Source: Fibrobacteria bacterium
GTDB lineage: Bacteria; Fibrobacterota; Fibrobacteria; UBA11236
Assembly (NCBI GenBank): GCA_050486505.1
Contig: JBJHDK010000019.1
Span: 1 to 37,307 of the forward strand
Direction: 5' to 3'
Length of the DNA stretch: 37,307 nucleotides
Part shown: positions 19,049-27,481 of the stretch, in pieces
How the letters are laid out: every line of letters begins with the position of its first letter
How positions within the stretch are numbered: the first letter of the stretch is position 1
Translations under genes and position numbers: made by a program
Notes under the pieces: model-generated
The model's input: only the letters and a program-made list of their open reading frames with translations
Told to the model about the DNA's origin: nothing
Databases searched by the model: none

Positions 19049-19861
19049 TTAGCCTTTTTCAGACGGGAAAAATCTGTATCCGGATATCTCGTATTCCTCA
19101 ATGCTCTCGACGCACTCGGTCAGTGAGCCATACATGGACAACGCCCAATCCCTCGTGTTCGCCAGTACACGAGCCTTGACGTCTTCTGGAATCTCGATGC
19201 CATTCAGCCCGCGCTTGGACGACCAGGAATCCAATGCTTGTGCAGGGTAGGTATTAACGGTCCAAGAAGCTACTGTAGTGATGGGAAGGTTTTGCGCATG
19301 AAATGCCAGGGCGGCCTCTTGGAGCTTTATCTTCCATTGCTGTCCGCGCCTGTGTCCCATGTATCCTTCCTTCGCCAGATTTTCATGCATTTCACGGGAT
19401 ATGACCTCCCGCAGGCCGTCTTTCTCGCGACGGATGGTTCCATGGATCAACACATAGCCGTGCCGGTGCCCGACTTTTGCTGCTTCTTCCAGAAGATGAT
19501 CGGGCTCGATATGATGCAGGGAGCGGGATCCGAAGACCACACGGATATCGTTTCCAATCACGATTGGCCATGGACGTGTCGCATCAGCTTGAACCAACAC
19601 CATCTGCAAACCACGTTCACGCGCCCGTTGCCGGAAGCGATCGAGCATCCCCGGGGATTGATCCAGCCCGATATACCTGTCGACCCTGCCAGCCAGCTCA
19701 ACGCCAATCTGACCTGTCCCCGTGCCGATTTCGAGCATCGAGTCCCGCGACGTCAGGTTCGCGAGTTCCACGATCTGATCGGCGATCTTTCCTGGCAAGC
19801 CGTCCTTCAGCCCCGCGCGCCCATCATAGGTGGCGGCTTGATCGTCGTACAATACAGGCAT
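19049..19861 (-). CDS. Class I SAM-dependent methyltransferase
   Basis: LEIGTGTGQ motif I, GLDQSPGML, QADA. Confidence 0.88.
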   Translation of the reverse strand: MPVLYDDQAATYDGRAGLKDGLPGKIADQIVELANLTSRDSMLEIGTGTGQIGVELAGRVDRYIGLDQSPGMLDRFRQRARERGLQMVLVQADATRPWPIVIGNDIRVVFGSRSLHHIEPDHLLEEAAKVGHRHGYVLIHGTIRREKDGLREVISREMHENLAKEGYMGHRRGQQWKIKLQEAALAFHAQNLPITTVASWTVNTYPAQALDSWSSKRGLNGIEIPEDVKARVLANTRDWALSMYGSLTECVESIEEYEISGYRFFPSEKG

Positions 19862-19874
19862 TGATCCCCGCCCG

Positions 19875-20936
19875 CTATTCCACGAAGATTCGCTTCTGGA
19901 GACTGCCGTGCGGTCCCTGAACTCGTACTGCCAGCACACCCTTGCCTTGCAGCGGCGCGAAAAACGCTCCCGGTCCCTCGAAGGTGCGCGTCTGCACCGC
20001 CCGCCCTCGGGTATCCCAGACCTTCATCACGTGTCGTCCCTCGGGAATCGAAAGCGCCAAGCTGCGGCCGATCAGACGAAAGTGTATCGGAGGCTGCGAG
20101 GATGCTCCTTGAGGTCGGATTGAAACCGACTCCTCTCCCGCTACGTATTCCATCAGGTTCCAAAGAAGTTTCTGGACGTAGCCGTCTTGTTGCGAATAGA
20201 TGTTGGGTGGATGTCCCAACATGTTGACAGCAGCACGGCCACTCCCGACTTTCCGCGTCCAGACAACGGGATAGCTCGAGTCCGACTCGCCTAATCCAAA
20301 ATTCGTACTAAGAACTATTGTAGCGCCTGCGCTTCCGAGAAAATCGCGCGGGTGCTCAACAGGGCCTTGATTGCGATATGGAGCCCTGAAAAATGTGAAA
20401 CTGAGGCTGTCTGGAAAACTATGCAAGATGCCAGCGTGGTCGGGGTCTACAGATGCTAGGGAGTCCGCATACACGACGGTGGTTCGCACGATCCCAGTTT
20501 GATGTATCTCTAGGACGTGCACGCTATCCCGCAGGAACTGGAAGGATGGAGACCATGTCTCGAAGATGCTAACCACCCCACCTCCTTCACGCACATAACG
20601 TTCGAAATCTGCTTGTCTCTGCTCCGAAAGATTCATACTGCCTGCCGCGTAAGCGATCACGACAACGTTGAAAGTCTTGAGCCTCGCGTAATCGAAAACG
20701 GCTTGATCCCAGGACATGGTGACTTCGAACTCTTTTTGACTAGCCAGATTGGAAAGGATGGATCTTAGCGTGTCTTTGGGGGGTTCATAAAATGCACAGC
20801 AGTCGTACAATAGCACCCTTTGCACCCTTGAAGAGTCCTGTGCATGCGACAAAGAAATCGGGATCAAAGATGTCGCCGGAATTAGTGCCCACAAGAGTCC
20901 ACGAAAGTAGTGCGTTTGTGAAATGGAACCGAACAT
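19875..20936 (-). CDS. Secreted ThuA-like (class I glutamine amidotransferase-like) domain protein with C-terminal sorting-type domain
   Basis: Signal peptide; FERYVREGGGVV, YPVVWTRKVGSGRA..NMLGH; CTD VKVWDTRGRAV...KRIFVE; GGAGG RBS. Confidence 0.75.
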   Translation of the reverse strand: MFGSISQTHYFRGLLWALIPATSLIPISLSHAQDSSRVQRVLLYDCCAFYEPPKDTLRSILSNLASQKEFEVTMSWDQAVFDYARLKTFNVVVIAYAAGSMNLSEQRQADFERYVREGGGVVSIFETWSPSFQFLRDSVHVLEIHQTGIVRTTVVYADSLASVDPDHAGILHSFPDSLSFTFFRAPYRNQGPVEHPRDFLGSAGATIVLSTNFGLGESDSSYPVVWTRKVGSGRAAVNMLGHPPNIYSQQDGYVQKLLWNLMEYVAGEESVSIRPQGASSQPPIHFRLIGRSLALSIPEGRHVMKVWDTRGRAVQTRTFEGPGAFFAPLQGKGVLAVRVQGPHGSLQKRIFVE

Positions 20937-20945
20937 ATCCCCTCC

Positions 20946-23030
20946 TCAGTTCTCCGTAAGCCCCCGAAATGTGGCTTTCGTCAAAGGTGCGTCCTGATTG
21001 CTGACCACCATGCCAATGTGATAGTTGGAATCAAACAAATCGTTTGGGAGTACTTTCATAAATCCAGTCATCGAAAAGGGTGGTGATGTGCAACTGCTAC
21101 TATTGTAGCCCCCGAGATAGTAAAATTGACCTCCCGAGTAGTTACCCTTTTCCAACTTGATCCAAACAGGAGGAGAAATGCTCGATGTGCTCCCTACTTG
21201 GACGTTCGATGTCCCGTCTCCATCACGATAAAGAAACCGCAAAACCCCATCCATTCCCAAAAGCACAGAAATATGAGAAGCGTCTTTATCCATTGAAGCG
21301 CGCATCATAAGCCCTGCGATTCCATATTCACCCTCATCCAAGCCATCAATGCAAACCATCATTTCCTTGTATGTTACCGTCTCGTGATGCGAAACAAATG
21401 TGAAACGATCTTCCTGCCCCCACTCGTTGATGCTCCCCCACGACATATCACCTGCCCCTTCGATGACGAATGGGTCGGAGGTTCCATCGCATTCGCCGTC
21501 TCGATTCGGGCCTGAGGGAATCGCTCGAATCTCGAAATCGTTCGGCCCTTGTGCGCAGGAGCCGGCGACGTAATCAACCTTTACGTGTGAACGAGTATAA
21601 TCTTGATCGTTGTATGATGCGCTATTGTAGTAGAAATTCCCATTCGCTGGAGAAGTACTGCCTATCATGGAAAGCCAAATACTACCACCCTCACGATCAA
21701 GTTCAGCGTCAACATAGGTGAGCCCTCCACCCAAATTTTCCGAATCCCCATCCATTGGTCTGTGAAAATCCGTGGCAGTCATCTGCGAAGGTTCAGTATC
21801 ATAAGGATCCGATAAAATAACTGTCGATAGACCGGAAATCCTGCCGGCAGCAATTCGAAGTTCAGAAAATGGGAGGTGATCATAATATTTCACGTCCTCA
21901 GTTGCAGTAGTCATATCCCAGGATCCAGAAGCGAGAACCCGTGTTTTCATAGCGAAAGGTATCTTGGTAGAACTTTTCGTTCCTATGTACCGGATTTTAA
22001 CCCATCCACGATTTGCGCTGGTAGATTGATATTCTAATGGCTGTGGATCACCGGAAGTGTTAGGCCTGTAGTCAAATCTTCGATAGTTTGAAGGTGTTCC
22101 TGCTGAAGGAACAAGATGCGCACTATCAAAGATTGGACCTGTATGAAGACGAAGCCTGTAATTTGTATGGCCTGTAGAACCACCGGGCCCGGCGCAAACT
22201 CCACTGTTACGGCAGCCGTAGCCGAGCCACAGGATACCACCACGCCCACGCCAAGACGGATAATTCCAATTTCTGGAAGTCGCGTGCTCTAGGTTGTCGA
22301 CCTGAATGTGGTCGTATTCATTTGGATCAGAGTGTATTACCGTAGATAGATCCACAATGTTTCCCGAAGCAATTCCGTAGGGTGAAATATCCAGTGCCTT
22401 AGATGGTTCTTCGGGCATGTCCCAGCCACCTAGTCTCTTCCAAATAGTATGAACCGACGCCGGTGAACTTTCCGGATCCTCGCAGACATAATCCATCAAC
22501 ATGGATGCTCTTTTCTTGTTGGAAGTGTTGGTAAAGCTTCGCGTATTGCCTCCACTGATGAAAGGGAAATTTCCAACATAAAAGTTGTTCGCACTATCGG
22601 TTCCTACGTTGCAGTTACCCCAACACGGCCCCCGATCAAATTCCATATGGAGCGTATCACTATCCCACCAAGTAAAACTGGAGTACCCACCACCTCTGTG
22701 GCCCCTGTAAAAAGAGGTTCCCATGTAATTGGAAGGCTTCGCTCGACCAGGCATACGAGAAATATTGAACACTTCCGGCGTACTTTGATCCGCATATACC
22801 ATGGTCTTGACCCCTACGATATCCCGCCCGTCAAACGGTGCCCTGACTCCCCGCCCCTGCTGACTGTATCGCGTCGTCTGCATGTTCCAGTTCATCGCCG
22901 AATCCACCCATGTGCACAACTCGGTATCGTCGTAGGTCTGCATGCTCAGTAATCCGATCTCACTCTCCGTACGCTCAGTAAGTCCAACGCATAGGGCAAT
23001 AACAACAAGAGGTCTCCAATATCCAGGCAT
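20946..23030 (-). CDS. Large secreted protein: three tandem W(D/N)M...R-x4-Y repeat domains plus a C-terminal ConA/LamG-like beta-sandwich
   Basis: Signal-like N-terminus after GGAGG; three internal repeats; GAGDMSWG..DRFTFV..AGLMMRASMD..PPVWIKLEK pattern. Confidence 0.7.
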   Translation of the reverse strand: MPGYWRPLVVIALCVGLTERTESEIGLLSMQTYDDTELCTWVDSAMNWNMQTTRYSQQGRGVRAPFDGRDIVGVKTMVYADQSTPEVFNISRMPGRAKPSNYMGTSFYRGHRGGGYSSFTWWDSDTLHMEFDRGPCWGNCNVGTDSANNFYVGNFPFISGGNTRSFTNTSNKKRASMLMDYVCEDPESSPASVHTIWKRLGGWDMPEEPSKALDISPYGIASGNIVDLSTVIHSDPNEYDHIQVDNLEHATSRNWNYPSWRGRGGILWLGYGCRNSGVCAGPGGSTGHTNYRLRLHTGPIFDSAHLVPSAGTPSNYRRFDYRPNTSGDPQPLEYQSTSANRGWVKIRYIGTKSSTKIPFAMKTRVLASGSWDMTTATEDVKYYDHLPFSELRIAAGRISGLSTVILSDPYDTEPSQMTATDFHRPMDGDSENLGGGLTYVDAELDREGGSIWLSMIGSTSPANGNFYYNSASYNDQDYTRSHVKVDYVAGSCAQGPNDFEIRAIPSGPNRDGECDGTSDPFVIEGAGDMSWGSINEWGQEDRFTFVSHHETVTYKEMMVCIDGLDEGEYGIAGLMMRASMDKDASHISVLLGMDGVLRFLYRDGDGTSNVQVGSTSSISPPVWIKLEKGNYSGGQFYYLGGYNSSSCTSPPFSMTGFMKVLPNDLFDSNYHIGMVVSNQDAPLTKATFRGLTEN

Positions 23031-23237
23031 ATCACCCTCCATCTCCTGCGAACAACCTGATTCCATTGAGGTCTCCGCGTATGTTTTATGTTATCCCCCC
23101 CCCCACCGACTTCGCCGGTCAAATTGTCGTAAAGTTTGTTTAGGTGTTGCATTAGTGCCATAATTCCACAATTTGTCACGATATCGAAAACAAATTTCTG
23201 TTGCCAAATGTGAACACCCGTAATCTGCCGACTCGTT

Positions 23238-23858
23238 GTGCTCGCGCTGCTGTCTGCCGTTGGCGATCTGATTGGCCATATAATACGCGAAAATGGGCAG
23301 CAAGGTTTCCATACGATCGAACATGCGGCCTTTGCCGTCGAACTGGCCTACCTCAAGGAAGTGGAGTGGTTTCATTTCGGGTTTTCCGGCGGCGCGTCTT
23401 CGTCGGACATTCATCACTACGGGTTTTTCTGGGGAGTCAGTCGACGGTTTCATGACTTTGTTCCGACTTTTGGAATCGGGTTGTACCGGAACTGGATCAA
23501 GGCTTCCCTGAATTACTGGGAAAAATCCGCCAGTCATACGGACTTGCGCGGGACGTGGCGCAGGGGATCTTCCCACGGAGTCATTCCCCGCTGGGACATC
23601 GCATACAGGGTGGGAGTGTTGTACGACCACGATGGTCCATGGCTGCCTTACGCGACGTACTCCAACAACCGGGTCTTCCTGGCGGCACCTGGGAGTTCGT
23701 TGCATGCGCAGGTGGATGAACTGGGGATCGGGGTTTTGCGCCCTCTTGCGGGCGGATATCTTCTGCAGCTGGAGATGTCCGGAACGAACACGGCCGTTAA
23801 GGGACGGCACAGTCAGGGAATCGGAAACGCGTTGATGCGTCTGATGAAGGAGCTTTGA
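23238..23858 (+). CDS. Hypothetical protein, possibly a 5'-damaged beta-strand-rich outer-membrane protein remnant
   Basis: 206-codon ORF with alternating aromatic/hydrophobic strands; in-frame ATG-TGA at 23208-23213 just upstream; no clear RBS. Confidence 0.4.
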   Translation: MLALLSAVGDLIGHIIRENGQQGFHTIEHAAFAVELAYLKEVEWFHFGFSGGASSSDIHHYGFFWGVSRRFHDFVPTFGIGLYRNWIKASLNYWEKSASHTDLRGTWRRGSSHGVIPRWDIAYRVGVLYDHDGPWLPYATYSNNRVFLAAPGSSLHAQVDELGIGVLRPLAGGYLLQLEMSGTNTAVKGRHSQGIGNALMRLMKEL

Positions 23859-23919
23859 CGGGAGAAGAACCGCCCTTTCCCGACCCCCTCGTGGGGCCCT
23901 GAAACTACCTTTGGACGCC

Positions 23920-25179
23920 ATGATCCAACCCCAAAACCTGCCCGACGCATGGGGCCGATTCGGCCCGTACGGCGGGAAATTCGCCCCCGAGGTCCTCATG
24001 CCCGCGCTCGAGGAACTTGAGGGATTCTACGCAAAAATCAAGGATGACCCCGCCTTCAAGGCCGAACTCGACGCCCTCTTGCGCGACTTCGTCGGCCGCC
24101 CCTCGCCGCTCTACTTCGCCGAACGCCTCACCGAACACTGCGGCGGCGCGAAGATCTACCTCAAGCGCGAGGACCTGAACCACACCGGCGCCCACAAGAT
24201 CAACAACTCCATCGGCCAGGTTCTCATCGCCCGCCGCATGGGCAAAAAACGCATCATCGCCGAGACGGGTGCCGGGCAGCACGGCGTGGCCACCGCCACC
24301 GCCGCCGCGCGCTTCGGCATGGAATGCGTGGTGTACATGGGCCGGGTCGACATGGAACGCCAGGCGCCCAACGTGTTCCGCATGCGCCTTCTGGGCGCGA
24401 AGGTCGTGCCGGTCGATTCCGGCAGCCGCACCCTGAAGGACGCCATCAACGAGGCCATCCGCGACTGGGTCACGCACATCGACGACACGCACTACGTCTT
24501 CGGCTCCGCGCTGGGCCCGCATCCGTACCCCATGATCGTGCGCGATTTCCAGAAGCTCATCGGCGAGGAGACCGAGGCGCAGATGCTCGAGAAGGAGGGG
24601 CGCCTGCCCGACCACCTCGTGGCCTGCGTGGGAGGCGGCAGCAATGCCATCGGCCTGTTCTGGAACTTTCTCGACAAGGCTTCGGTGAAGATGACCGGCG
24701 TGGAAGCGGGAGGCGAGGGCATCGCTTCGGGCCGCCACGCCGCGCGCTTCGAAGGCGGCGCGCTCGGCGTGCTGCAGGGCGCGCGCAGTTACGTGCTGCA
24801 GACTCCGCAGGGACAGATCGCCGAGACGCACAGCATCTCCGCCGGGCTCGACTACGCCTCCATCGGCCCCGAGCACGCCTACTACCGTGATGCGAAGCGC
24901 ATCGAGTACACCCACGCCACCGACGACGAGGCGCTCGACGGGTTCCACGAACTGTGCCGCCTCGAAGGCATCATCCCCGCGCTCGAGAGCGCGCACGCGG
25001 TGGCGCACGCCCTCAAGCTGGCCCCCACGCTCGGCAAGGACCAACTGCTGGTGATCAACCTCTCCGGCCGCGGCGACAAGGACATGGCCACGGTCATGGA
25101 TGCGTCTCCCCTGACCCCCGAAGGGGGAGACGCCCCTCCCTTCGGGGGGGGCATTTCGTCAAGAAAGGGGGGGATGTGA
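23920..25179 (+). CDS. trpB: Tryptophan synthase beta chain
   Basis: [49 protein letters not shown]. Confidence 0.98.
   Translation: MIQPQNLPDAWGRFGPYGGKFAPEVLMPALEELEGFYAKIKDDPAFKAELDALLRDFVGRPSPLYFAERLTEHCGGAKIYLKREDLNHTGAHKINNSIGQVLIARRMGKKRIIAETGAGQHGVATATAAARFGMECVVYMGRVDMERQAPNVFRMRLLGAKVVPVDSGSRTLKDAINEAIRDWVTHIDDTHYVFGSALGPHPYPMIVRDFQKLIGEETEAQMLEKEGRLPDHLVACVGGGSNAIGLFWNFLDKASVKMTGVEAGGEGIASGRHAARFEGGALGVLQGARSYVLQTPQGQIAETHSISAGLDYASIGPEHAYYRDAKRIEYTHATDDEALDGFHELCRLEGIIPALESAHAVAHALKLAPTLGKDQLLVINLSGRGDKDMATVMDASPLTPEGGDAPPFGGGISSRKGGM
25107..25151. repeat. REP-like palindrome within the trpB 3' end
   Basis: CCCCCGAAGGGGG...CTCCCTTCGGGGG stem, translated as PLTPEGG..PPFGGG. Confidence 0.65.
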
Positions 25180-26027
25180 ACAGAATCGATCAGACCTTCG
25201 CCCGCCTGCGCGAGGCCGGCCAGAAGGCCTTCATCCCCTACATCGCGGCGGGAGTTCCCGGAACCGAAGAGACGGTGGACTTCGCCCTGATGCTCAAGGA
25301 GCTCGGCGCCGACATCCTCGAGCTCGGTTACCCGTTCTCCGACCCCATGGCCGACGGCGTGGTCAACCAGGCCGCCGCCACGCGCGCCCTCGAGAACGGT
25401 GTGGACGACGCAGCGTACCTCGACATGGTGCGCGCCATCCGCAAGCGGGCCCCCGACTTTCCCGTCGTCGTGTTCTCCTACCTCAACCCGATCTACCGCC
25501 TCGGACTGCGCGACTTCGCCGTGCGGGCCAAAGAAGCGGGTGCCGACGGATTCCTGCTCGTCGACATGCCGGTGGAAGAAACCGACGAGATGATCGCCGT
25601 GTGCAAGGAGCTCGACCTGCGCTTCATCTTCCTCGCCGCACCCACCACGACTCCGGAACGGCTGGCGAAGATCCTCGAGAAGGGCAGCGGGTTCCTCTAC
25701 TACATCTCGCGCACCGGCATCACCGGTGAGCAGGCGCAGTTCCAGACGGGCTTCGAGGCCAAGCTCGACGCCATCAAGAAGGCCGCGCGCATCCCCGTGG
25801 TGGTCGGCTTCGGCGTCTCCACTCCCGAGCAGGTCGCGGCCGTGTGCGCACGTTGCGACGGCGCGGTGGTGGGCAGCGCCCTTGTCCGGCGGACCCTGGA
25901 AGACAAGCGCTGGCCCGAGATGCGCGCCGGGATCGAAGCCTTCGCGAAGACGTTGATCGCGCCGGCGAAAGAGGGGCGGTCCCCGAGCGTGTCGAGGGGC
26001 GCCCCGATCCAGAAGGTGACCCCATGA
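25176..26027 (+). CDS. trpA: Tryptophan synthase alpha chain
   Basis: [49 protein letters not shown] overlap with trpB. Confidence 0.97.
   Translation: MNRIDQTFARLREAGQKAFIPYIAAGVPGTEETVDFALMLKELGADILELGYPFSDPMADGVVNQAAATRALENGVDDAAYLDMVRAIRKRAPDFPVVVFSYLNPIYRLGLRDFAVRAKEAGADGFLLVDMPVEETDEMIAVCKELDLRFIFLAAPTTTPERLAKILEKGSGFLYYISRTGITGEQAQFQTGFEAKLDAIKKAARIPVVVGFGVSTPEQVAAVCARCDGAVVGSALVRRTLEDKRWPEMRAGIEAFAKTLIAPAKEGRSPSVSRGAPIQKVTP
25977..26000. repeat. REP-like GAGCNTGTCGA hairpin within the trpA 3' end
   Basis: CGGTCCCC GAGCGTGTCGA GGGGC; same core as the intergenic element at 36021-36073. Confidence 0.65.
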
Positions 26028-26326
26028 ACGAAGGCACGCCGGATTCATCCCTCGACGGGCTGCGCGGGCGCATCGACGCCCTGAACGCGCGGCTGGTGGA
26101 GCTGCTCAACGAGCGCGCCCGCTGCGCCGAGCAGATCGCCGACTTCAAGCGCCGCCACGGCCTGCCCGTGTATGACTCCGCGCGCGAGCGCGAGGTGCTC
26201 GACAAGGTGTCGGCGCGCAACGACGGGCCGCTGACCGATGAAGCGTTGCACCGCATCTTCAACTGCATCATCGAGGAACATCGGCGGTTGCAGGAAGAGC
26301 GGAAAAATCAGGATGGGGTCGCGTGA
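26024..26326 (+). CDS. Monofunctional chorismate mutase (AroQ type)
   Basis: LRGRIDALNARLVELLNERA...K...VYDSARE..VL; coupled to trpA and tyrA by 4-nt overlaps. Confidence 0.92.
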   Translation: MNEGTPDSSLDGLRGRIDALNARLVELLNERARCAEQIADFKRRHGLPVYDSAREREVLDKVSARNDGPLTDEALHRIFNCIIEEHRRLQEERKNQDGVA

Positions 26327-27438
26327 CTCAAGAACCGAAAACCCTTGCGGTCGTCGGCCTCGGTCTCATCGGGGCCTCTGTCGCGGAAGCAACCCGGAAG
26401 CGGTTTCCTGCGTGGAGAATCTTGGGCGTGTCGTCTCCCGGCACGGTCAGGGAAGCGCTGAAGATCGGGCTGATCGACGAAGGCTTCGAGGGATACGAGC
26501 ATGCCGGCAAGGTGCTGGAGCAGTGCGACATCGGGATCCTTTGCACTCCCATCGACAAAATTCTGGGCTTGCTCGAAGGCTGGGCGAAGGATCCCCTCAC
26601 GCTGCGGTCCGGCGCGGTCATCACCGATGCCGGCAGCACCAAGGCCGACATCTGCGCCGCCGCACGCAAGGCCTTTCCTCCCGGAGGCAACGGAAGTTTC
26701 ATCGGGTCCCATCCCATGGCCGGGTCAGAGAAGACCGGCCTCGCCGCGCGCGATGCGCATCTCTTCGAAAACGCCGCGTGGATCCTTTGCCCCGAGAAAG
26801 ACGCGCCCGCTCCCGCCGTTGAATCGTTGCGCGGTTTCGTCGAAGGGCTCGGTGCGCACGTGCTGACCTTCCCGCCCGTGCGCCACGACATGCTGGTCGC
26901 GCAGGTGTCGCATCTTCCGCAGTTGCTGGCGACCGCGCTTGCCGCGCATGTTTCCGCCGCCGACGGTCTCGACGACATGCTGCAGGTGGCGGGCGCGGGC
27001 TTCCGCGACATGACGCGTCTCGCGGCCTCCAATCATTCCGTGTGGGAACCCATCCTGCGCACCAACCGCAAGAATCTGGAACTCATCCTCCCCGCCTTCC
27101 GCCGCGAGCTCGAGGTGTTGGAGGAAGACCTGCTCGAGGACGGCGGCGAGCGTTTTTTCAGGGAAGCGAACGATCTGCGCGCGCGTTACAAGGCCCCCCG
27201 CAAGGGGTTTTCCGCGCCCACCACCGAAATCCTCGTCGATGTGGAAGACAAGCCGGGCGCATTGCTCGGCGTCATCCGTCCCCTGACGGAGGCCGGACTG
27301 AACATCCTCGACCTCGAAATCCTGAAAGTCAGGGAAGGGGAGGAGGGGGTGCTCATGATGGGCTTTCGCAAGGCGGGGGAGGCGGAGAAGGCGCTCGAGA
27401 TTTTGGGGGAGTCGGGGCACAGGGCGAGACTGCGTTGA
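26323..27438 (+). CDS. tyrA: Prephenate dehydrogenase with C-terminal ACT domain
   Basis: GLGLIG, DAGSTK, HPMAGSE, HD..A.VSHLP, GFRDMTRLA, VEDKPGAL ACT motif. Confidence 0.94.
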   Translation: MTQEPKTLAVVGLGLIGASVAEATRKRFPAWRILGVSSPGTVREALKIGLIDEGFEGYEHAGKVLEQCDIGILCTPIDKILGLLEGWAKDPLTLRSGAVITDAGSTKADICAAARKAFPPGGNGSFIGSHPMAGSEKTGLAARDAHLFENAAWILCPEKDAPAPAVESLRGFVEGLGAHVLTFPPVRHDMLVAQVSHLPQLLATALAAHVSAADGLDDMLQVAGAGFRDMTRLAASNHSVWEPILRTNRKNLELILPAFRRELEVLEEDLLEDGGERFFREANDLRARYKAPRKGFSAPTTEILVDVEDKPGALLGVIRPLTEAGLNILDLEILKVREGEEGVLMMGFRKAGEAEKALEILGESGHRARLR

Positions 27439-27474
27439 ATTACGAATTAAGAATTAAGAATTAAGAATTGTGAA
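27437..27474 (+). repeat. Solo heptamer arm (same family as elements 1-3)
   Basis: GAATTAC (GAATTAA)3 GAATTGT GAA, starting inside the tyrA stop codon. Confidence 0.9.
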
Positions 27475-27481
27475 GAGCGAC

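Larger units (their letters stand above)
12830..23860. mobile_element. Lower-GC genomic islet (Mo uptake/storage plus secreted proteins); no integrase or transposase seen
   Basis: Spot counts: 27/60 GC at 22081-22140 and 29/60 at 20281-20340, versus 43/60 at 24061-24120; many A/T-ending codons; boundaries approximate. Confidence 0.6.

Noticed and set aside
14792..23237. ModE box or Moco riboswitch controlling the operon
   Set aside because: No CG-N-TATATA-N6-TATATA-N-CG-like site found by eye and intergenic gaps are mostly too short; a covariance-model search was not possible
12796..23912. Inverted ACTACCTTT 9-mers at both islet flanks as attachment sites or terminal repeats
   Set aside because: Both are explained as TACCTT -10 boxes of the outward-facing flanking genes; no target duplication or recombinase seen
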